From assembly GCA_964595645.1 (NCBI GenBank), contig CAZQQT010000005.1, positions 104,999-168,998 of the forward strand: a stretch of 64,000 bases of DNA. Direction: 5' to 3'. Below the pieces are notes generated by a model that was given only the letters and a program-made list of their open reading frames with translations, had not been told where the DNA came from and searched no databases. This DNA comes from an uncultured Thermococci archaeon (GTDB lineage Archaea > Methanobacteriota_B > Thermococci > Methanofastidiosales > B48-G16). Positions 27,924 through 36,396 of this stretch are shown piece after piece (the first letter of the stretch is position 1; each line of letters begins with the position of its first letter). Made by a program: the position numbers and the translations under genes.

Positions 27924-29306
27924 ATGGTTGTCAAAGAAAAAACAAAAATAAAGGAACAGGATCCAGAAGAGAGAATCAATAATTTTTACGAGGTTGTACA
28001 GGGTTACAGCATTGAAGAGGCAATGAAAGAGGCTGAGAGATGTTTACAATGTAAAAATTCGCCGTGTGTAAATGGTTGTCCAGTAGAAATAGATATCCCT
28101 GCATTTGTACAACTTATAAAAGAAGGAAACTTTGATGAAGCAATAGCAAAAATAAAAGAGAAGAATAACCTTCCTGGAATTACTGGTCGTGTTTGCCCCC
28201 AGGAGGAGCAGTGTGAGAAAAAATGTACCCTAGGAAAAAAATTTGAGCCTGTGGCAATTGGCAAATTGGAACGATTTGCAACAGACTGGGAAATGAAGAA
28301 GGGAGTAGCGCCACCAGAAGTACCGGAGTCTACGGGAAAAAAAGTTGCTATTGTGGGTTCAGGACCAGCTGGGCTTACCTGTGCAGGAGATCTCGCACGG
28401 AAGGGTCACGAAGTTACACTGTACGAATCACTCCATAAACCGGGTGGGGTGCTGGTCTATGGTATCCCAGAGTTCCGACTGCCGAATAAAACAGTTGAGG
28501 ACGAGATCGAATACATAGAGAAGCTTGGTGCCAAGATAAAGGTAAATCATGTGATAGGGAAAATACTCACCATGGAAGAGTTGCTGGAAGAGTACAACGC
28601 TGTGTTTGTTGGCACTGGTGCAGGCCTTCCCAGATTTTTGGGAGTTCCTGGTGAGAACCTTAATGGAGTATACTCCGCAAACGAATTTTTAACGAGAGTA
28701 AATCTTATGAAAGCATATAAGTTTCCCGAATATGACACTCCGGTGAAGATAGGAAAGCGAGTTGCAGTGGTTGGTGCAGGCAATGTGGCCATGGACTCAG
28801 CGAGAACGGCGTTGCGACTTGGTGCTGATAAATCGTATATAGTTTACAGGCGGTCTGAGAATGAAATGCCTGCCAGAGATGAGGAGATCGAACATGCCCG
28901 GGAAGAGGGCGTTGAGTTTCTTCTCCTGACAAATCCAACAAAGTTTGTAGATGATGGTAGTGGATGGGTAAATAAAATGGAGTGTATCAAGATGAAGCTC
29001 GGTGAGCCCGATAAATCAGGGAGACCGAGACCGATACCCATTGATGGAAGCGAGTTCCCTATCGACGTTGATCTTGTGGTGATCGCTTGCGGTCAGAGAC
29101 CTAATCCACTTCTTCCTGATGCAACGGAGGGTCTTGAGACTACAGAATGGGGAACGGTTAAAGCCGATGAGAATGGAAGAACTACACTCGATCGTGTGTG
29201 GGCTGGTGGGGATATTACCTCTGGAGCGGCAACAGTGATTGCAGCGATGGGTGCAGGAAAAAAGGCAGCAGCGGATATGCACGCATTCCTTACAGAGGAT
29301 ACATAA
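27924..29306 (+). CDS. nfnB: NfnB/SudA (GltD-like, often annotated gltA), copy 1
   Basis: RCLQC..PCVNGCP, GRVCPQEEQCE, VGSGPAG, YGIPEFRLP, GAGNVAMD, YRRS NADP motif, AGGD. Confidence 0.92.
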   Translation: MVVKEKTKIKEQDPEERINNFYEVVQGYSIEEAMKEAERCLQCKNSPCVNGCPVEIDIPAFVQLIKEGNFDEAIAKIKEKNNLPGITGRVCPQEEQCEKKCTLGKKFEPVAIGKLERFATDWEMKKGVAPPEVPESTGKKVAIVGSGPAGLTCAGDLARKGHEVTLYESLHKPGGVLVYGIPEFRLPNKTVEDEIEYIEKLGAKIKVNHVIGKILTMEELLEEYNAVFVGTGAGLPRFLGVPGENLNGVYSANEFLTRVNLMKAYKFPEYDTPVKIGKRVAVVGAGNVAMDSARTALRLGADKSYIVYRRSENEMPARDEEIEHAREEGVEFLLLTNPTKFVDDGSGWVNKMECIKMKLGEPDKSGRPRPIPIDGSEFPIDVDLVVIACGQRPNPLLPDATEGLETTEWGTVKADENGRTTLDRVWAGGDITSGAATVIAAMGAGKKAAADMHAFLTEDT

Positions 29307-29405
29307 GAGTATTTTTCTCTTCTTTAATTTTAAATATCTTTTTTTATACCTTTTTTATTAGGGGGTATTTTTTGTTCCTATATATCCAAATTTTTCCTTT
29401 TTTAT
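29307..29405 (+). terminator. Long T-rich tract after nfnB copy 1, probable archaeal terminator region
   Basis: Several T5-T7 runs; followed by a TATA-like tttttaaa about 30 nt before ATG 29454. Confidence 0.5.
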
Positions 29406-29453
29406 CACACAGTAAGATTTTTAAACCTCGATGTGGAATACAAAGCGATATAC

Positions 29454-29933
29454 ATGGGTAATCCTCCGGTGGAAGATGAGATAAGAAAGATTGTTCATGA
29501 ACACGGTCCGCAACCTGAAAATCTGATCGCGATTCTGCAGGCATTGCAGGAAAACTACGGCTTTCTCCCTGAGAAAGCATTTCCACTTCTTGCAAGTGAA
29601 ATGGAAATTTCAGAGTCGAGAATATATGGGGTAGCTACCTTTTATGCGCAGTTTAAATTTATAAAGCCAGGGAAGCACGAGATAAAAGTCTGCATGGGAA
29701 CAGCATGTCATGTGAAGGGATCAGAAACACTTCTTAATGCCATGAAATCAGAACTCGAAATAGAGCCAGGAGAGACGACTGAAGACGAGTTTTTCAGTCT
29801 GGAACGGGTAGCATGTCTGGGGTGTTGTGCGCTTTCCCCAGTAGCCATGATCGACGGCAAAGTTCACGCACGGATGACCCGACCAAAACTCATCTCATTA
29901 CTCGATAGGTTCAACGAGGAAAGAGAGGGATAA
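29454..29933 (+). CDS. NuoE/HydC-like [2Fe-2S] subunit
   Basis: LIAILQALQENYGFL, GVATFYAQF, CMGTACHVKG, ACLGCCALSP. Confidence 0.92.
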   Translation: MGNPPVEDEIRKIVHEHGPQPENLIAILQALQENYGFLPEKAFPLLASEMEISESRIYGVATFYAQFKFIKPGKHEIKVCMGTACHVKGSETLLNAMKSELEIEPGETTEDEFFSLERVACLGCCALSPVAMIDGKVHARMTRPKLISLLDRFNEEREG

Positions 29934-29934
29934 T

Positions 29935-31803
29935 ATGAACGAAAAATCTACTATTCTAGTGTGTAGGGGTACAGGGTGTACCTCATCGGATTCACCAAAG
30001 ATATATGATGCGTTAAGGGAGAAGGTCTCCGAGGAGAATCTGGACAATGTTGAAGTGAAACAGACAGGTTGCCATGGATTTTGTCAGCGGGGTCCCATCG
30101 TTGTTATCGAACCTGAAGGCACATTTTACTGTGAGGTAACACTGGATGATGTTTCCGAGATTATAGAGTCTCATATCAAAAATGATACACCCGTGGAACG
30201 CCTGTTCTACCGAGAATCAGAACATAAGGAACCAGTACGCTTTTATGAAGACATCTCCTTTTATAAAAATCAACACAGGATCATTCTGCGAAATTGTGGG
30301 AAGATCGATCCTGAAAATATTGACGACTACATTAATGCAGGGGGATATGACGGACTCAATCAAGTGCTTTCCTCTATGGCACCTGAGAATGTGGTAAGTG
30401 AAATAAAACGATCGGGTCTTCGTGGGAGAGGAGGCGCAGGTTTTTCCACTGGATTAAAATGGATGTTTTGTCGCGGCGAAGAGAGCGATGAGAAATACAT
30501 TATATGCAACGCAGATGAGGGCGATCCCGGAGCGTTCATGGACCGCAGTATTCTAGAGGCAGATCCACACAGTGTGCTCGAGGGGCTGACAATTGGTGGA
30601 TACGCAATTGGTGCGACACAGGGATATATCTACATACGTGAAGAGTATCCCCTTGCCATTCATCGAATAAAAATTGCCATCGAACAGTCGAGAGATCGCG
30701 GTTTTTTGGGTAAAAATATCCTTGATTCTGGAGTTAACTTTGATATTAAAATAAGCAAGGGAGCAGGTGCATTTGTATGCGGCGAAGAAACAGCACTTAT
30801 TGCATCTGTAGAAGGAAAACGAGGGATGCCTCGTCCTCGTCCTCCTTATCCCACTCAAAAAGGATTATGGGGAAAACCAACAGTGATAAACAATGTGAAA
30901 ACGCTGGCAAATATTCCTATAATCATCACGAAAGGAGCGGACTGGTTCTCATCCATCGGTTCGGAAAGATCCGCAGGTACTGCTGTCTTTGCTCTCACAG
31001 GAAAGGCTACAAACAGTGGACTTGTAGAAGTCCCCATGGGAACGAGGCTTCAAGACATCATCTACAATATAGGTGGCGGGATTCCTGGCGACAAAATGGT
31101 GAAAGCTGTGCAGACAGGGGGGCCCTCAGGTGGCTGTATCCCAGCACACATGGTGGGTCTTACCTTCGATTATGAATCGCTCATACAAGAAACGTACATT
31201 CCAGCCAACTATGTGGATCTTCCCATTGACTATGAAACCCTCGCTAGAGTTGGTTCTATTATGGGTTCTGGTGGAATGGTGATAATGGATGAGGATACCT
31301 GTATGGTTGATGTTGCTCATTTTTTTCTGAGTTTTACTCAGTACGAGTCCTGCGGAAAATGTCCTCCTTGTCGTGAAGGAACGAAGAAAATGAAGGATAT
31401 CTTGGAGAGAATCATTGAAGGAAGAGGAAAGATGGGAGATATAAACCTCTTAGAAGAGCTTGCTATTACTGTGAAGAGAGGTTCACTTTGCGGGTTGGGT
31501 CAAACAGCGCCAAACCCCGTATTAACAACATTGCGATATTTCAGGCACGAGTATGAGGCCCATATAAAGGATAAACGGTGTCCGGCGAAGGCCTGCAAAG
31601 CGTTGATATGGTTTGAGATCGATCCAGACACGTGCATCGGCTGCACAAAGTGCGCACGGAACTGTCCGGTGGATGCTATTACAGGTGAGGCAAAGGAACC
31701 GCATGAAATCGATCAGGATCCGTGCATAAAATGTGGAACATGTCTGGAGGTATGTCCTGTGAATGCTGTGGAGAAGAAGACTAACAAGCCCGGAGGTGTG
31801 TAA
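29935..31803 (+). CDS. NuoF/HydB-like FMN/NAD-binding subunit with N-terminal [2Fe-2S] and C-terminal 2x[4Fe-4S]
   Basis: CRGTGC..GCHGFC, GRGGAGF, CNADEGDPGAFMDR, GAFVCGEE, GGPSG, ESCGKCPPCREG, CGLG, CIGCTKCARNCP, CIKCGTCLEVCP. Confidence 0.93.
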   Translation: MNEKSTILVCRGTGCTSSDSPKIYDALREKVSEENLDNVEVKQTGCHGFCQRGPIVVIEPEGTFYCEVTLDDVSEIIESHIKNDTPVERLFYRESEHKEPVRFYEDISFYKNQHRIILRNCGKIDPENIDDYINAGGYDGLNQVLSSMAPENVVSEIKRSGLRGRGGAGFSTGLKWMFCRGEESDEKYIICNADEGDPGAFMDRSILEADPHSVLEGLTIGGYAIGATQGYIYIREEYPLAIHRIKIAIEQSRDRGFLGKNILDSGVNFDIKISKGAGAFVCGEETALIASVEGKRGMPRPRPPYPTQKGLWGKPTVINNVKTLANIPIIITKGADWFSSIGSERSAGTAVFALTGKATNSGLVEVPMGTRLQDIIYNIGGGIPGDKMVKAVQTGGPSGGCIPAHMVGLTFDYESLIQETYIPANYVDLPIDYETLARVGSIMGSGGMVIMDEDTCMVDVAHFFLSFTQYESCGKCPPCREGTKKMKDILERIIEGRGKMGDINLLEELAITVKRGSLCGLGQTAPNPVLTTLRYFRHEYEAHIKDKRCPAKACKALIWFEIDPDTCIGCTKCARNCPVDAITGEAKEPHEIDQDPCIKCGTCLEVCPVNAVEKKTNKPGGV

Positions 31804-31804
31804 C

Positions 31805-34003
31805 ATGGTCATGCTCACAATAAATAATAAAGAAGTGGAGGGCAACGAAGGAGATACAATTCTCGAAGTGGCAGAAGCAGCAGATATTTATATCCCCACA
31901 CTCTGTAACCATCCACAGTTACCACCCTTCGGTAGCTGTAGAATGTGTCTTGTTAAGGTTCAAGATATGCAGAACTACGTCCCTGCATGCACCACCCCTA
32001 TTGATGAGGGGATGGTAGTGTATACAGATATAGAGGAATTGAAAAGGCTCAAACGCAACATACTTGAGCTCATACTCTGTGATCATCCAAGTGCTTGCAT
32101 CGTTTGTGATGATCGAGAACTATGTTTCAAGTATCACAAAGACCCTGAGAAAGCAGGTACAACGACCGGCTGTCGTTTCTGCCCGAACAAGGATGATTGT
32201 GAACTTTACGAAATAGCGGATCATCTTGATATAAAGGATCTGCGTTTGGAGGTAAGGTACAAAGAGTTACCAATACATCGAGATGATTTCTTTATTGAGC
32301 GAAATTATAATCTCTGTATATTATGCGGAAGATGTGTGAGAGAATGTCGTGAGATCAGAGGTGTTTCTGCCGTAGCGTTTACGGAGAGAAGCCATAAAGC
32401 TACGGTAGGAACGGCCTTCGATAAACCATTAATAGAGAGTGAGTGTATCTTCTGTGGGGCATGCATTGATGTGTGCCCCACGGGCGCACTGTCAGAGAAG
32501 GCGTTAAAGTGGGGAGGAAAAGCTGAAAAGATAACTTCTACTACCTGCATGCTCTGTCCCTTCGGTTGCAATATCAATGTGGAGTCGAGAAGAGAAAGGG
32601 TCATGAATGTCTGGTCACCGAGAGAGAATATAAATGAGGGGCAGTTGTGCATGAAAGGCCGCTTCATTATACCACCCCTCATGAATTCTCCGAATAGAGC
32701 CCGGCATCCAATGATACGAAAAAATGGTACATTACAACCTGTGTCGTGGGAAAAAGCCATTGCTTACGCAGCAGAACATCTAATGAAATACAATGGAGGG
32801 GAAGTGGGTATTGGTGTTTCTTCGTGGCTCACAAACGAGGATGCATATCTCCTTCAGAAGTTTGCACGAGGTGTAATGGGTACCGACAACTTACTTCCGA
32901 TATCGTCCATGATACAGGGTGTTGCCCGCCCACTTGCCGAAAATTTTGGATTCTGCGGCCCTACAGGAACGATAGAGAAGCTCGATACCGCAGATACGAT
33001 TCTTATCATCGGTACAGATCTCAATCTCTCGGCACCTGTGCTCCTCGTTCCTACATATAGGGCGAAAACAAGAGGTGCTACAGTCATCATGATCGGTACC
33101 AATACAACGAAAGTCCCAAAGTATGTGGACACATACGTTTCTCCCAAAAAGTATAGATCATTTTTCACTGAAGTAATGAAAAAAATGGAGAAAGAAAAAG
33201 AAAATCCTGAAGGAGATAGTGGGAAGGTAGCCGAGGCGTTAAAGCATGGAAACACTGTGATTATCTTTGGTCCGGGTCTTACCGGTGAAGATGGTGCCGA
33301 AACTGTAAAAATTCTTAGTGATACTCTCTCCCAGAAACATATCACTGTGCTACCGGCATGGGATGGCGGTAACCTGCAGGGAATACTGGATATGGGCGCC
33401 GTATCGGGAATACTACCAGGACAGCACTCTCTTTCCTCTGAGGATGCAAAAACACGTATAGAACATTTATGGAATCTCCCGATAGCTGAAAGTACCGGAA
33501 AACAGGAAAACATGAAGGTTCTCTATCTCACAGAACCTGTGTCGTCTGTTCCCGAGAATGTGGAGTTCCTCGTGCTTCATACTATCTTCGATACGGATCT
33601 CGCTGAAAGGGCCGATGTTGTCTTTCCCACTACTGCGTTCACAGAAATGGAGGGCACAGTAACGAATCTTGAAGGGAGGGTACAACGTGTTACTCAATGC
33701 ACCAACCCTCCTGCCATGGCGATGAGCCCCTGGAGGGCAATTACTAACCTCGCAGAAGCGATGGACGCTTCAGGATTTGAATATGAGGCTGTGAGTGAGG
33801 TGACAGATGAGATATTCCAATGTATACCAGAAATGGATATAGGAATTTATTCCAGACAGAAGAAGAAATCGGAACAACTGAGTATCGGTGAAGATGAAAT
33901 CCCTCCCCCCCATGGAGAGCTTGGATACGGAGGTACATATCTCGGCGATCTCGTAAAGGATTTTGATGCTATCGTTTCATACTGGAGGTCTAACAATGAA
34001 TAA
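31805..34003 (+). CDS. NuoG/FdhA-like Fe-S subunit with non-catalytic molybdopterin-oxidoreductase domain
   Basis: IPTLC..GSCRMC..PAC, HPSACIVC, CILCGRCVREC, CIFCGACIDVCP, CMLCPFGC..LCMKGRF; no Cys/Sec-His Mo ligand; no C-terminal molydop-binding domain. Confidence 0.85.
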   Translation: MVMLTINNKEVEGNEGDTILEVAEAADIYIPTLCNHPQLPPFGSCRMCLVKVQDMQNYVPACTTPIDEGMVVYTDIEELKRLKRNILELILCDHPSACIVCDDRELCFKYHKDPEKAGTTTGCRFCPNKDDCELYEIADHLDIKDLRLEVRYKELPIHRDDFFIERNYNLCILCGRCVRECREIRGVSAVAFTERSHKATVGTAFDKPLIESECIFCGACIDVCPTGALSEKALKWGGKAEKITSTTCMLCPFGCNINVESRRERVMNVWSPRENINEGQLCMKGRFIIPPLMNSPNRARHPMIRKNGTLQPVSWEKAIAYAAEHLMKYNGGEVGIGVSSWLTNEDAYLLQKFARGVMGTDNLLPISSMIQGVARPLAENFGFCGPTGTIEKLDTADTILIIGTDLNLSAPVLLVPTYRAKTRGATVIMIGTNTTKVPKYVDTYVSPKKYRSFFTEVMKKMEKEKENPEGDSGKVAEALKHGNTVIIFGPGLTGEDGAETVKILSDTLSQKHITVLPAWDGGNLQGILDMGAVSGILPGQHSLSSEDAKTRIEHLWNLPIAESTGKQENMKVLYLTEPVSSVPENVEFLVLHTIFDTDLAERADVVFPTTAFTEMEGTVTNLEGRVQRVTQCTNPPAMAMSPWRAITNLAEAMDASGFEYEAVSEVTDEIFQCIPEMDIGIYSRQKKKSEQLSIGEDEIPPPHGELGYGGTYLGDLVKDFDAIVSYWRSNNE

Positions 34004-34829
34004 AATAATCACTATAAAGGAAATTGTACCCAATGTTCATGAAATCACAGTAAAAGCTCCAGAAGTGGCAGTAAAGGCAAAACCCGGTCAGTTTGCAGTG
34101 ATCATCCCTGATAAAGTAGGAGAGCGGATTCCATTGAGCCTTGCGAATTGGGATACATCTGAGGGGACTGTTACTATGGATTTTTTAGAGGTGGGCGTGT
34201 CAACAATGAAGCTCGCTAGGAAAAAGGCAGGCGACATGATAGATTTTATGGCACCATTAGGCGAACCTGCAACAATAAAGGAGTATGGTACAGTGTTTAT
34301 TGGAGGAGGATGTTATGGGATCGGTGCAATATATCCTATTTTAAAAGCGATGAAAGAGGCAGGTAACCGTACGATTACAGCTATTGAGGCAAGGAGTGAG
34401 TATTTACTCTACAATGAAGAACTGTTGAAGAATTATTCAGATAGATTTATCATTACAACGTCGGATGGAAGTAGAGGAGAGAAAGGAAAGGTAAAATCAA
34501 TGTTCAACGCATTGATAGAAAGTGGTGAAAAAATAGACATGGCGTACTTCATGGGATGTACCTTTATGATGATGATATCCGCCGAGAGGGCAAAAGAGCA
34601 CGATATAAAAAATTTTGTGTATCTCAATCCACTAATGGTGGATGCCACAGGTATGTGCGGCGTATGCAGAGTGAATGTGGGAGGAAAGACGAAATTCGCC
34701 TGTGTTGATGGTCCAGAGTTCCCAGGGAACGAGGTAGATTGGGAAGAGCTGTTCACACGAAAGGATCAGTATGCAGTACATGAGAGAGAGGCGTATCAGC
34801 ACAAATGTAGGTTAGAGGGAGGTGAGTAA
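33996..34829 (+). CDS. NfnA/SudB-like subunit, copy 2 (divergent)
   Basis: PGQF, GERIPLS, GGGCYGIG, TSDGSRG, MGCTFMMM, MVDATGMCGVCR..FACVDGPEF; overlaps the NuoG-like stop. Confidence 0.88.
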   Translation: MNKIITIKEIVPNVHEITVKAPEVAVKAKPGQFAVIIPDKVGERIPLSLANWDTSEGTVTMDFLEVGVSTMKLARKKAGDMIDFMAPLGEPATIKEYGTVFIGGGCYGIGAIYPILKAMKEAGNRTITAIEARSEYLLYNEELLKNYSDRFIITTSDGSRGEKGKVKSMFNALIESGEKIDMAYFMGCTFMMMISAERAKEHDIKNFVYLNPLMVDATGMCGVCRVNVGGKTKFACVDGPEFPGNEVDWEELFTRKDQYAVHEREAYQHKCRLEGGE

Positions 34830-34831
34830 CA

Positions 34832-36310
34832 ATGCCGTACAAATACGAGGGAAAACAGCTTTCTCCTGAAGAAAGAAAAGAAAGAATGAAAAAATCCAGA
34901 AAAAAAATGCCCGAGCAAGATCCAAAAGTACGAATTACAAATTTCAACGAGGTAAACTTAGGTTACAATGCCGAAACAGCTATTAAGGAGGCGAAAAGAT
35001 GCCTTCTCTGTGCGAACTCACCATGTGTGAGGGGATGCCCAGTCAGCATTAAGATCCCTGAGTTCCTTGATAAAGTAACGGAGGGTAAGTTCGTTGAGGC
35101 ACTTGAGATAGTAAAGGAGGACAATGTACTCCCCGCAGTTACTGGGAGAGTATGCCCACAAGAAATCCAATGTGAAGGAGAGTGTACCCAGGGAAAGGTC
35201 AACGATCATCCTCTTGGGATTGGTTATCTCGAACGGTTTGTGGCGGATTACGAGCGTACTTCCTCCGAGTCGTGTTGCGTAGAGGTAAAGCCCTCTTCCG
35301 GGAAAAAGGTGGCTGTAGTAGGATCTGGTCCTGGAGGTCTCACTGTGGCAGCAGATGCAGCGAGAGAGGGGCATGAGGTGCATGTCTTCGAAGCGCTCCA
35401 CAAACCAGGAGGTGTGCTCATCTACGGTATTCCAGAATTCCGGCTACCAAAGGATATTGTCGCGTATGAGATTGAAGGACTCCGTGAGATGGGAGTCACA
35501 TTTCATACGAGCCATGTCATCGGGAGAATCTATACCATCGATGATCTTCTGGATAAGAAAGGATTCGATGCAGTCTATCTCGGCATTGGCGCAGGACTCC
35601 CTCGATTCATGAGGATCAGTGGCGAGAACCTCAATGGGATCTACAGTGCCAACGAGTACCTCACCAGATCGAACCTGATGAAAGCGTACGATTTTCCCGC
35701 TTACGACACTCCAATTTTACGAGGAAGAAATGTAGCAGTAATCGGAGGAGGAAATGTTGCCATGGACTCGGTACGGACTGCCCTGCGGCTCGGAGCAGAG
35801 AATGCGTATCTCGTCTACCGACGTGCCAGAAAACAAATGCCCGCGAGAGATGAAGAAATAAAACATGCAGAGGAAGAAGGGGTCGATTTTAGACTGTTAA
35901 GAAATCCTGTGAAGTATATTGGTAATGAAAACGGATGGGTGGAGCAGATGGAATGCATCAAGATGGAGCTCGGCGAGCCCGATGAGTCAGGGAGAAAGCG
36001 TCCTGTTCCTATCGAAGGAAGTGAGTTTACTCTCGATGTAGATCTCGTTGTCGTTGCCATTGGTACCGGTGCCAACCCACTATTGACTCATGCAACTCCA
36101 GGACTTGAGACGGATGACTGGGGATATATAAAGGTCAACGAACAGTTCCAGACGGCAAAAGAGGGCGTGTTTGCAGGAGGAGATATTGTAAGGGGTGGAG
36201 CAACGGTAATTCTTGCCATGGGTGATGGCCGCAGCGCGGCGAAATCCATAAATGCGTATCTTGAAACAGAAGGGTGGCCCGAAGAGATAACACCACAGGA
36301 CTTCTGGTAG
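34832..36310 (+). CDS. nfnB: NfnB/SudA (GltD-like), copy 2
   Basis: RCLLC..PCVRGCP, GRVCPQEIQCE, YGIPEFRLP, GGGNVAMD, YRRAR, AGGDIVRG; SD ggaggtga. Confidence 0.9.
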   Translation: MPYKYEGKQLSPEERKERMKKSRKKMPEQDPKVRITNFNEVNLGYNAETAIKEAKRCLLCANSPCVRGCPVSIKIPEFLDKVTEGKFVEALEIVKEDNVLPAVTGRVCPQEIQCEGECTQGKVNDHPLGIGYLERFVADYERTSSESCCVEVKPSSGKKVAVVGSGPGGLTVAADAAREGHEVHVFEALHKPGGVLIYGIPEFRLPKDIVAYEIEGLREMGVTFHTSHVIGRIYTIDDLLDKKGFDAVYLGIGAGLPRFMRISGENLNGIYSANEYLTRSNLMKAYDFPAYDTPILRGRNVAVIGGGNVAMDSVRTALRLGAENAYLVYRRARKQMPARDEEIKHAEEEGVDFRLLRNPVKYIGNENGWVEQMECIKMELGEPDESGRKRPVPIEGSEFTLDVDLVVVAIGTGANPLLTHATPGLETDDWGYIKVNEQFQTAKEGVFAGGDIVRGGATVILAMGDGRSAAKSINAYLETEGWPEEITPQDFW

Positions 36311-36396
36311 TAGAGCGAATAATATTCACCACAAAATTTTTAAAGATTTTTAGGTTTTTTTGTGTAGATACAAGAGGACAGTAGAGGCGATTGAAT

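Noticed and set aside
29454-34003. Respiratory complex I (nuoEFG) or NAD-dependent formate dehydrogenase
   Set aside because: No membrane or quinone-module nuo genes nearby, and the large subunit lacks the Mo/W ligand and pterin-binding domain
27924-36310. Glutamate synthase (gltA/gltD) for the two GltD-like genes
   Set aside because: Each follows an NfnA/SudB gene and no GltB large subunit is present, which is the NfnAB arrangement
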